Shown here piece after piece: positions 12,600 to 23,548 of a DNA stretch of 64,000 nt. The stretch spans positions 51,398,001 to 51,462,000 of the forward strand of contig NC_073384.1 of assembly GCF_028641065.1 (NCBI RefSeq), given 5' to 3'. Numbering within the stretch: position 1 is the stretch's first letter; every line of letters begins with the position of its first letter. This DNA comes from Leucoraja erinacea. Lineage: Eukaryota. The notes below the pieces were generated by a model. That model had not been told where the DNA came from, did not search any database, and was given only the letters and a program-made list of their open reading frames with translations. A program made the translations under genes and the position numbers.

Positions 12600-14470
12600 A
12601 TTTCCACCAGTGACTGTCCCTGACTGAATGGGCTAACAAATCTGGATGTTACCCTGTTTACAGATGGCAGCTCATTCATTGTTGAAAAGGGAGAATGGTT
12701 GTCAGGCTATGTGATTGTTAATCAGGAGGGAACGACCATTGAAGCAGCATCTTTTGAGGCTCCCTTCTAAGCCCAGCTAGCCGAACTATTTGCGTTGACT
12801 AGAGCCTGCACCCTGGCCGAAGAACTATCTGCAAATATTTACACGGACTGCCAATATGCTTTTGGAGTGGTTCCTGATATGGACAATTATGGAAGAATCG
12901 GGGGTTTCTAACCTCTTCAGGGACAGTGATATCTCACAAAAATGGATTTCTAATTTGCTACAGGCCATTCAGTTACCCGGTCAGCATGCTGGTGCCAACG
13001 TTAGAGTCCATACTATAGGTTAAAACCCCAGAGATATAGGAAATCGCCTTGCCGACGATGCGGCTAAGAAAGCTTTTAGGAGTCACCAAATTGTTGGGCC
13101 CCACATGATGAGGCAGACTAAAAATTATACTAGGAATAAGTCTCCCTCGAAAAAAGGAATGCCAACCATCCAAGAAGTACTTTAAATACAGGAGGACGCT
13201 CCTGCAAAGGTAAAATAGCTGTGGCAGGACCAGGGTTGTCTGTACGATCCTGTCACTAGCTTATGGGTTACGCCTGCCGGACAGACTTGCAGGTCTGACG
13301 AGCTTGCGTTGTGGGTTATTGAATTTGTACACTTTGCAACTCATTGTGGGACCAAGGCTGTAAGTGATATGCTTTTAGAGACCTGGTGGCATCTGAAACT
13401 TCTGACTTGTCCCGGCGTATCAGCCAGCGATGTCTGATTTGCTAGCAGCATAATCCAGGTAAAGGCTTGCCCTGTGAACCAGATTCCTTTACCAGCAGGT
13501 CCCTTTGAGACCTTTCAAATGGACTACATTGAGTTGGAAAGATGTCAGTGTTATAAGTATGTTTTTGTAATTATTTGTGTTCTTAGTAAATGAATAATTA
13601 GTGTAAACGCCTCTCATGTGTGTGGTAGCATTATGTTTTTGAATGAATGCTGAAGTTAAGTATTTTATTTGTTGTAAATCACATGTTATAAGTGTAGGTG
13701 TGTGTCGCTTTAAAAAAACTGTAAGCAGGAGGGTGAAGTTTTTTTTACAGCTACCCTCGGCTGTGAATTTAACCTCTCAATTTAAAAGGGGAAATAAGTT
13801 GATTGCTGAAACACAACCAGCTTTAATGGTTTGTTTAGATAACCATTCTGGTTGGAGAAGGGTAATAAATCAATGGAGCCAGGGAAGAAGGCAACTGACT
13901 GATAATGGGTTAATCATGAGTTAAATTGATATTTTGCTAAATCACTGGAATATAACATATTTGATCACTCCTCTTTGACAGAAAAATTGAAAGTTTGTTG
14001 GGTTTATTTTAATCCGTTGTATTTTACCTGTTTTTAAGATGCAAACAGTATTATGTGACAATCCAGCTGAGATTTCAAAGTGGATTGATTGGATTGTTTG
14101 CTGAAATTTTCAGAAAAAGACAGTGTATTGGATAGTATGGAGAACTATAGAAGATGGGCATAATAAGAATACAGACCACTCCATCTGGTACAGCAAGAAT
14201 AACGCCTGTGGAAATCCTATGTATTAACTTTAACCTGTGCTTTGCGAACTACTTATTTACAGGTCAGGGCTGCATATGGTGTGGCGCCAGCACTCAAAGT
14301 TCCATCTAATACTGAGCCAGGTTGCTATGTGCTGATCAGGAACTGGATGCGTAAGCACTTGGACCCACGTTGGGATGGTCCCTTCCAGGTCATTCTCACC
14401 ACTCCGACCGCTGCCAAGGTCGAGGGTCGTGCTGCATGGGTTCACCTGCACCACTGCAAATTGATTGGGG
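12600..14470 (+). pseudogene. ERV pol remnant: RNase H and split integrase; no protease or RT
   Basis: RNase H: FTDGSSF..AQLAELFALTRAC..ANIYTDCQYAFGVV. Integrase: HFATHCG..CLIC, PFETFQMDYIEL, TPVEIL and LDPRWDGPFQVILTTPTAAKVEG..WVHLHHCK. Confidence 0.9.
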
Positions 14471-14767
14471 AGCCCAATCAAAAGGGGGGGAGAAGAGTAA
14501 TTTTATTTTCAACTCAAGAGTTTTTAGTTTTTACATTTCTGCTTTGTTTGGGAGTTGTATCATTATAAGTTTAGTTGTATTATTATAAGTTTAGTTGTAT
14601 TATTATAAGTTTAATTTTGAAACCTTATTTTGCCATATGGTTAAGAATATGCGACTGATTACTGGACTGACTGACTGAAGGACGTTTAAATTGAGTAAAT
14701 AGTTGTTTAAGCTAATTAAGTAAGAAATGAGTTTTTGTGAGCCTTTGCTTATTCCAGATAGATTAAA

Positions 14768-16048
14768 ATGAGGCGATTCATCCTGCTCTGCATCCTGATG
14801 CTACAACAGATGGAAGGAAATAAAGGAGAGATTTGACGATATGTCCTGGGACAATTAAGCAGAATCTTTCACCTCTGCAAAGGAGATGTGGTACAGTGCA
14901 ATGGCCCGGATGCCTTTGGAATCTGAAATGTCACCAAGATTGACTATTGCAATGGGATACTGCGTCAGCCTGATCGACAGGTAGACTTAGATAACCGACA
15001 CCCTGTGGGAATTACCCTATTAGTTTCGAGGGTGCAAGTTTGACTTTTTCTGCAGACGGAATCCCTTGGAAGAAAACTCGGCAAAGGGACATTTGTATGA
15101 TGGACTATGCTATCGAGAAGCATTAGAGGTATACCTTTGGTTACAGAAGAAAGGACATGAGCAAAAGAGACAGTAAAAACGGGCATTGGAAGAAAGAGAC
15201 TCTATCATGTTTGGACGAGCCCATAATGAATTATTTGGTGAAGGGCAAGTTGTGTGTTACCCCGCTATGACATCTGTTGTTAACCTATTTACAGTATCTC
15301 CCGAGTGGGGAAGGATTGAACGATTAGTAAAATGTCAAGGTGAGAAGCCATTTCCGGTGGAAACTGTCACCATCCCTAATGATGAGACCTTAGCCCCACC
15401 AGCTAACTGTTTGCCACTACCTCGTGACAATGAGCATTCTTACCAGGGTTGTGAGGATACACAATGTACAATTTTGGTCGCCTAACTATAGGAAGGATGT
15501 CAACAAAATAGAGAGAGTACAGAGAAGTTTAGGGGTAACATGCGAGGAAACTTCTTTACTCAGAGAGTGGTAGCTGTGTGGAATGAGCTTCCAGTGGAAA
15601 TGGTGGAGGCAGGTTCGATGTTATCATTTAAAAATAAATTGTATAGCTATTTGGACGGGAAAAGAATGGAGGGTTATGGTCTGAGTACAGGTAGCTGGGA
15701 CTAGGGGAGAATAAGTGTTCGGCACGGACTAGAAGGGACGAGATGGCCTGTTTCTGTGCTGTAATTGTTATATGGTTATAGAATTAGATCATTGGTATGG
15801 CCATATGAGCAGCAATAGTGGTTTTGTGTTTGTTCATGGGAATTGCTATTGTTAGATGTATTAGTGCTAGACTAATGACAGTCTTGGGTAATGTGGAAAC
15901 TGGTGAGAAGATATTATTGCAACATCTAGAAGAAGAAGAAATTCCAATGTTGAAGGATGAGGATGTTGAAAGGATGGTAAATGCGCAGGTTGAAAAAGAA
16001 TTGTTAGCAGATAAATGTATTAGAATGAATAAATTGGAGATGGACTAG
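14768..16048 (+). pseudogene. ERV env remnant (signal peptide, partial SU, TM anchor and tail)
   Basis: MRRFILLCILMLQQMEG signal-like start, Cys-containing segments, and hydrophobic VVLCLFMGIAIVRC followed by an acidic tail. The central part is replaced by CR1. Confidence 0.7.
15488..15780 (+). mobile_element. CR1 3' fragment inside ERV env
   Basis: YRKDV..IERVQR joined to RGNFFTQRVVAVWNELP, followed by a CR1 3' UTR and a TTATATGG tail. Confidence 0.88.
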
Positions 16049-16284
16049 TGGTATGAAGCCTAGAATAGTTGAGAACCCTAAGGGCTAGGGTTTGAAGCAT
16101 AGCAGAGAAGTAGGGAACAGCATTGGTGTCAACAAGCCAACCTGCCGACCTACGTGGTCCGGGTTTTGGGGGCTATAAAGCATCTGAGGTTAGGTATAAA
16201 CTTGGATGACTAATAAGCCAATGCTGATGAATTTCTGTTGTGTTATTATCCTATTAGTGGTCATAATATGACCAGAAGAGGGAA

Positions 16285-17739
16285 TGAGGAAATATATTAT
16301 AAAATTGTTCAAATGATAAGTTCTTAAGGAACTTGTGTTAAGTTGCAAGAGAAGGGTTTGGAGTTGGGGCTTTCAGAAATACATGCCTCCACAAAGAAAT
16401 AAAGAACAAAGAACACACACAGGAGAACAGATGGCTTATCATAAACATGGAAAGGGTGATCTGGATAGGCATATCTATTCTTTATTGCTTTGGAGCAACA
16501 ATCATGTTGTGAGAAGGTGTAGTTGGTTTAGGTTGGTGTTTATAATAGAGATTGTTAATGGGATCTTTCTCCATGACATGGGCACCATCCTTCTTCCTTT
16601 GTGACACATCTCAGAGTTTGGCTGTGTCATCTAAGGCGATTTATGATTGTCTATGTTGGATTGTAGGCACCAAGGGTAGATACTAGTCTGTGAGATGGTT
16701 TGTGCTGTTTAGATGTGTTTATGTTGGGATAAAAGATAAGGCATAGATGATGGTTGTGTGACCTTTGCAAAAGGATTTCTTATGTGTATAAAAAAACTGA
16801 GAAAGTAACTCTGTTTTAATCTAAGCCAAACGATTGGGGTCTGCATATAGTAATCTTCTATTTGCTGTGTGGAATGCTATTCGTGGGGGGGTCGTAAAGA
16901 GACCTTACATTCCTTTCCTCCACTGATAGTAGGAGGTTGTAATTCAAAATGAAACTAGACCCGAGCTTGGAAGGAGGAATTATAATTTATCAAGTGTGAC
17001 AAGTATATGGCCTTTGTGAGCTTGGAGGTGGGAATTGTGTGATTAGAACTTTGTCTTTACCACTTTGTAAGAATGGGGTAAAACTCATCTTTAATCTTTG
17101 TAATTCATAAGTAACTGTATTTTAACTAATTGGTTGTAAGGAAATTAATTGTGAAGTGTATTGTGTTTAATTACGATTGTGAGTATTAGACTTTGTTTAA
17201 ATTGGAAGTTTTAGAAATAACTTTCTTTTCCAAAAGTGAAAATATGTTTTGTATGTATGTGTTGTGTGATTGCTATATTATGTGTATATTCTGAGAAGTA
17301 TTCTGTGAGAATTAGTTTTATATCTGTGGTTTTACTTTAATGAAATAAAGTGATTTTGAGCAAAGAGGTTGAAGAAACCACAGAGGGGATGAAGGTTGTA
17401 AAGGGGCTGGAAAAGGGAAAATCATGTGACTATACGTGTTGTCAATCAATGGAAAGGATTTAGTTGATTGGTTAATGCAAATAAGTTAAATGTATGGTAA
17501 ACCATAATGATTGGTTAATAGTTTGCCACTCCTTTTGTACTATCCTTGTCTTTTACCTATATAATGTGTTACATTTATGCCAAAGTTGTAGTTCTTTCAA
17601 CCTGCCCCAGAGTTTCTAACTCTGTGTTGGAAGGTTTAAAGAATTATCCAGCGCTGTCAGAATAAAGAATCGATTCCAGCAACAAGGGTTTGAATCAAGT
17701 TTTCTTGAATTAGACTGGCAAAAAGAACTCATTTTAACA
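16285..17739 (+). repeat. ERV 3' LTR
   Basis: TGAGGAAATATATT...TTTTAACA, directly after the polypurine tract. Confidence 0.96.
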
Positions 17740-18308
17740 GAGGAACTGGTATCAGAATCAGGCAGTTCGTCCGAATAGTGCTGTGAACGGAGCGCCGCCG
17801 CCATGCGAGAGGCGTGCAGAGCCTCTGTCAAAGTCAGATCGGGCTTCCTTAGAAGTTCAGCCCGCAGTTTTTTTTCGTCCTGGAGACCGAACACCAGGAT
17901 GTCCCGGGTCATTTGATCAGGGGTCAGCGCGTCCAGGTGGCAACGCCGTGCCAGATGCCGTAGCGTGGCAATGTAGGTGTCAATGTGCTCACTGGGGTTC
18001 TGGCGCCTGGTGAAAAACTTAAAGCGCTCTAGAATGCAGTTGGTGGGAATGTCGCACAGACCGGTGAACTTAGCCAAAAGACATACCGGGTCCCGAGCAT
18101 CCTCACCATCACCGTATTCAAACGACTCCGATCGTTCCAGGGCCTCCAGGCCAGCCAAGTTTAGGAGCAGGTGCGACTGCGTTGCAGAGGTGGCATTAGG
18201 ATGGGCAATGGCAATGTAGTGCTCAAAATCATGTCGGAAGACAGCCCACCGATGGGCAATGTCGGAGTCGAAGACCAGCATATCAGGCTTGCGACAAGAG
18301 TTGGCCAT
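17740..18308 (-). pseudogene. Gypsy gag N-terminal part, truncated by the ERV
   Basis: MANSCRKPD..WAVFRHDFEHY..ERFKFFTRRQNPSEHIDTYIATLRHLARRC..RDILVFGL..LTLTEA, a Mag-type gag. Confidence 0.9.
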
Positions 18309-18407
18309 GGTAGGGCACGGGAGAGAAACACTCGAGGGTAAGGAACTGGGCGATAAAAAGAAATAAAACCCGTTAAACAGGAGGCGCAAGGTACTACTAT
18401 GACACCA

Positions 18408-18616
18408 TGTAAAGACGAGTCAAAACGCACTATATCTTCACTACTGTTTTATTACTATTAACAATACACAGATACATTACTGCCCTAGCTGTCCGTGGTC
18501 TGTCACCGGAGCTAGAGAGCGATCTAGAGGTGGGGAGGTTACAATTATACTGGTGATATGGGGAGTGGTTAGTAGTGGTGAGGTCACTATGTTAAAGGAC
18601 CATGCACTAATCTACA
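18408..18616 (-). repeat. Gypsy 5' LTR
   Basis: Direct repeat of 3692-3900 with an adjacent PBS. Confidence 0.97.
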
Positions 18617-20209
18617 GTTGCCTCTTGCATCAAGTCGCCCCGTGAGAAAGCCCCATCAAGAAGACAAGCCTTTTTTTTTTTTAAACAATTATTTGATTGA
18701 CCTTCAAGGATCCTTGGACTTGTACACCAAGTTCCTCTGTTCCATTGGCTACCGTTCATGATGTTTTACCCTTAGTAGTCCTCCCAAACAGTGTATTCTT
18801 GCACTTAACAGGATTAAATTCCCATCTCCCTGGCTGATTAATACCATTCTGTAGCCTGAGACTATCTCCTTCACTATCAGCAACTTGTTGGAATTAGTTA
18901 TTTTGTAATGAAAACACAAACAAGGGAGAGGTCAGTTTGATTTTAATCACAATGAAACAGATCTTTCATTGAGTCTTGCTTCTTTTAGAGTGTCAAGAAT
19001 ATTTTGCCACTTTTGGCAAGATTCTGCAGCAGCATGATCCTTCTGGTGTAGGAAAATATAAAGACTGTTTAATTTAGGTTGAATTGTTAATCTAACTTAA
19101 TAGGATTGCAGATTTTGTGAATGTATGCAGCAAAATGCAGGCCTGGATATTTCTAGACAAAAACCGTACCCAAGTTGGATTCCTGAGATACATATGAATC
19201 GTGACTGGGAGTGTCCCCCACCAAGACTGTGATCTGGTGGTGTATACAATTCCTTTAATTTTCAACATTGTAAATGAGGGTCTTCCCTGACAAAATCTAT
19301 CTCACACAAAGTTCATGGCATCAAATTCAAAATATGTTTCAATGACTTGGAGAAAACAAAACAGTACAATTAAATTTGCAAAATCTTAACATTTTTATTG
19401 GCTGTCAATATTAAAATTAATTTTGTAGGTTATGCACAAATGCACGGCTGGGAGTTATAGCCTGGCTTGCTCATATCAATGGTTGTTGGATCTGTAAGAA
19501 CCCAAAGCTCAAGATGCCATTGAAAAAATACTATTCAATATATTTGAGACAGAAAATCCTATCTTGTAGAAATGTCACCACTTTAGATTTTATTGCCTGT
19601 ATTCTTTTCTGGAAATTAATGAAATGATTTTCTTTTCGCAAAGCTCGCACTCTCTGCTGATATTAAATTGAGTTATTTTTGACATTGTTCAGATTTTCTG
19701 TCAAGATTGCAAGAATATCTGTGTTGCTCAATGCCTTTTCTGTGTGCCTTATTAAAACGAATTCTGAGCTAATTGCTGCAAGTTAAACACAATATTTTGT
19801 AAATTAAGCAATGTTATGACGTCGTTACACATATGCACTACGGTTTCAGAACTGAGGTGCATTTTGATCATCTGCTTCATTTAAACATAGTCTGTTCTTT
19901 GGCACTGAATCTAATCTGTTATTCATTTTTAAAGTTGTTAAACTTTCTTGTTCAATGTATAAAACCAATAATCTATTGCATACACTAATAACAGTTAGAA
20001 TAAAATTCTAACTGATACAAATCCATCTTCATTTAATTGACCTTTTTATTAACTCGAAATCTGCATGTGGCAGAAAAGTTTAAATTCAATATATGTAAAT
20101 CTATCATTATTTTGCACATCTGTCATATTTCCTCTTTCTCTTTTCTAACAAGGGTAATCAATTTATGTCATTAACTATGGGATTAACTGTTGTTTGCCTT
20201 TCTCTGATT

Positions 20210-21350
20210 AGTTGGTATTAGTTTATTAATGTCACGTATGCCGTGATACAATGAAAAGCTGTGTTTGCACGCTATTCAGTCAAATCATGCTCACATGAGT
20301 ACAATTAAGCCATACACAAGTCCAACAGGTGATAACAGCTGGGAAAAAGCTGTTCCTGAATCAGGGTGGTATGTGCTTTCAAGCGTTTGTATCTTCTGCC
20401 TGATGGGGGGGGAGAATGATCCATGAAAAATATTATTTTTCTGCTTTTTCGCTGCTATACTGAGGCAACGTCAATTGTAGATGGAGTCGGTGCGTAAGCT
20501 GATCTGTCTGATTGTCTGGGCTACATCCACAATTCTTTGCAATTTTTTATAGTGTTGGCTGTTGTCAAACCAAGCAGTGATGCATCCTGATCGGTCACTA
20601 CAACTGCAGAATATCATAAGATTCATTGGAGTCTTGCCAAACTAGTTTAGTCATCTGAGGAAATAGAAGCATTGGTCTGCTTTATTGGCCATAGCTTTAC
20701 TGCGGTTGGTCCAGGATAAATTTGTGGGCGATATTTACTCCTAGGAAGTTGCATCTCCCAAAAATCTCCCCTTAGACATCATTGAAGTTGATTGGGGTGG
20801 GTACTTCACTTCGCTTTCTGAAATCCTTTGTCTTGCTGTCATTGAGGGAGCGGTTGTTGTGTTGATGCCCATGTTACTAGGCAGTCTCTCTCCCTCTCTC
20901 CCTCTCTCCCTCTCTCCCATGGTTTCTGGTTGGTGAACACGTATAATCTTGTTAGGCACATATTCCTCTACACAGATACTGATGAAGTCTGGGACAGCAG
21001 TGTATACTCATTTAGGTTGGCTACAAAGTCTGTGAATAGTGGCCAGTCCACCAACTCATAGCAGTCACAAAGGATCTCCTCTGTTTCCTCAGACCAGTAC
21101 TACATGACTTTCTGTACTGGATCCTCCTGCATCAGTTTCTGGTTGTAAGCAGAGAGTGGATACACAGCCAGGTGGTCTGATTTTCACAAATGCGTTTGGG
21201 TGACGGGGTATTGGGCAACTTTGATGGCTGTGTAGCAGTGTTCGAGGGTATTTGGGCTTCTGGTAGAACAGAAGACTTGCTGATAGAATTTTGGAACCAC
21301 ACTCTTGAGGATGGACTGGTTGAAGTTCCTGGCTATTATGAAGAAGGCTG
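20210..21350 (-). mobile_element. Highly degraded Rex1-like LINE pieces
   Basis: Rex1-type 3' tail (GGTATTAGTTTATTAATGTCAC) and AGCTGTTCCTGAATC motif, with endonuclease/RT-like remnants further right. Confidence 0.6.
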
Positions 21351-21490
21351 TGGGATACTTCATTTCAAATCCAATGTTGTTTTGTTAATAATGTTTTTAA
21401 GTTTATAAAGTACAAAATTGCATGCAGTGCTGCAAATATCTCTCCAGTACCAATTCTAGCTTTAATATAACTTGTTTTTCTGTTATATTC

Positions 21491-22682
21491 GGTTTAGTTT
21501 AGAGATAGAGAGAAAACAGACTCTTCGGCCCACATAGTCTAGGTATGTTACAAAACCTACCTGAATTGTCATTGGGAATCTGCCCACAGCCAGGTCCGCG
21601 ATTTTGGCGCTGTTTGGAGGGGGCGGGTTTAAAACGCGATTTTTACCAGGCTGTACTAATCGCAGATGTTCAGCCTAGTAAATCATTAACGAAAAATCGC
21701 TGCAAGACCCGGTCGCAAAAGGTATTATTAGTTTTATAGGCCTTGGTAATATAGTTATAATAATTTTAAAATTACTGTCTCATTCCGCAACCTCTCGCAG
21801 CCCCAGGGTTTTATAAAGCAAACAATTAAAGGTATGTACCTTATTTTTACATTAAATGGGGCATATATATAACCGTATATATCAAGTTATCTATAGCGAG
21901 TAGTTCATTTTGGGCTTTTTATATCCCGCAGTATTTTTCTCGGCATTTGAGGGCACTAATCCAGCGCGATGTCAACGTTCTAAACCAGCGTGTTCACATG
22001 AACCCACTAGAAAGCCGATTTAAATGGGCATTTATTTACAGCAATTGAACACTAAATTCCTTCCATTTGGCCTATAAATTAATGTAAATTAGATATAAAA
22101 ATCATGTTATATTGTGAATTATTTGTGAATAATCTTTGGACACTTAGGCTATTTAAAAATGTTAATCTTTCCTTAAGAAATGGGCTTTTGACCATCCAAG
22201 ATCACAGCTTTTTTGTAATGTCCATTGAAAATCAATAGGGAACAAGATGCTAATTTCCGAGTATGAAAATGGCCATAATTTTTTTAATACTTGAGATATG
22301 AAAGTGAATTTGGTGTCAAATTAAACTTATTGTTATGCTTTATCTGATGGGATAAATTGCAGACTTGATTTTTAAAATCTCAAAATTTTGTAACATTGCT
22401 ACATAGTCCACGCAGACAATTGATCACCCATTCATTCTAGAACTATGTTTTCCCACTCTCTCATCCACTCCTTACACATTAGGGACAATTTACAGAGGCT
22501 GATTAACCTACAAACCGGTATGTCTTTGGGATATGAGAGTAATCTGAAGCAGCCAGATGAATCCAACTTGCTCACAGGGAGAACATGCAAACTCAACACA
22601 AACTGCACCTGATGTCAAGATCGAACCAAGGTCTCTGGTGCTGTGAGGCAGCAGCTCTGCCAGCAGCGCCATTGTGCTGCCC
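21491..22682 (-). mobile_element. tRNA-derived V-SINE (HE1-like), split by a DNA transposon
   Basis: GTTTAGTTTAGAGA tail, AATTTACAGAGG..TTAACCTACAAA core, and a tRNA-like head ending TGTGCTGCCC. Confidence 0.8.
21541..22400. mobile_element. Non-autonomous TIR DNA transposon, 860 bp
   Basis: Ends AGGTATGTTACAAAA and TTTTGTAACATTGCT, flanking duplication ACATAGTCT/ACATAGTCC. It cleanly interrupts a SINE. Confidence 0.8.
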
Positions 22683-23548
22683 CATCAAATGTCTTTTTTA
22701 AACAGTCAATAATTTTTAATGGCTGTATTCCCCATCTCATACTTGATGCCGATTTACTTGTGCAAAATCTTCTAAATTTTCATTTTGCTGCTTCAGATTG
22801 TACCTGCCATTTCTACGTCAGTTGAGCTCTTTTATTTGCATGCAATGATATTTGTCAGGTTGACACTCCTAATTCGAATCTGCTGCAAGTCCAGGCACTT
22901 TGGCCGCACCCTTCCTGTTAAAATTTCAAAACAACCGTAGCCCCAACAGTGAACATTATGGCGCCAGATATTGGTCACATACTGTGGCTTACTGAAGTTT
23001 ACCAATCAACCATTTTATAATTTATTTTAAAATGTATCGTGCAGATCCTATTGGCTATTTCTGGACATGGATGAATAACTTATGGGTTCCATAATAGACA
23101 ATCAGTTGTTATGCATTCATTTCTGTGTTCTAAAATGTGAATGGACACTTTTTTGCTGCATTGTAATTTTGTTATTTTTATGTCCCTTTGTCTCGTGAAT
23201 GATTTCAATACACTAAAACACCTTCCCTGACTTGAAGTGGATGCTGTTTTTTATTACTCTCCCAATTGGCAGCCTTGGCAAAAGAGTAGCATTTTTCACC
23301 CCTGTTCAAGGCCGACTCCAGAAATGAAGCATAATCTAGCCTTGTGTTTTAGTTTAGTATGGAACGGCTGTGGCACCATTGAAGGTGCATTCGTGTGATA
23401 GTTATTAAAGAGGTCCATCTGCTCTCTTAGGTGGTATTAGAAAATCCCAATAATTTCTAATTGTACTTTGTGGCACCTTATTGAGTGATAAACTTTTGCA
23501 TTTCACCCCCGCCCTCCCTGTTCTTTGTTTTAAAAGATGCATTATAAA

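Larger units (their letters stand above)
8937..17739 (+). mobile_element. Endogenous retrovirus (class I, epsilon/gamma-like), non-autonomous deletion derivative
   Basis: Paired LTRs of about 1.45 kb, PBS, MG-starting gag, retroviral RNase H and integrase remnants, env signal peptide and TM remnants, and PPT AGAAGAGGGAA before the 3' LTR. Confidence 0.95.
3692..18616 (-). mobile_element. Gypsy/Ty3 LTR retrotransposon (Mag/K02A2.6-like), interrupted by Rex1 and an ERV
   Basis: 209-bp TG..CA LTRs at both ends, 5-bp TSD GTTAC/GTTGC, PBS TGGTGTCATAGT next to 18407, PPT at 3901-3911, and gag-pol with RT-RNaseH-IN order. Confidence 0.97.
2203..18654 (+). mobile_element. Internally deleted PIF/Harbinger-group DNA transposon (about 1.5 kb of own sequence: 2203-3691 plus 18622-18654), split by a Gypsy insertion
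   Basis: Left TIR GGGGCTTTCTCACGGGGCGACTTGAGGCAAGA matches the inverted copy TCTTGCATCAAGTCGCCCCGTGAGAAAGCCCC ending at 18654. AT flanks both ends. Convergent transposase-like and MADF-like ORF remnants lie inside. Confidence 0.88.

Noticed and set aside
16335-16604. 89-aa ORF in the ERV U3 as an accessory gene
   Set aside because: It is short, has a non-ATG start and no motif; its duplicate at 9021 only reflects LTR identity.
17616-17739. C-terminal extension of the Gypsy gag ORF
   Set aside because: It is read-through into the antisense ERV LTR, not real gag.
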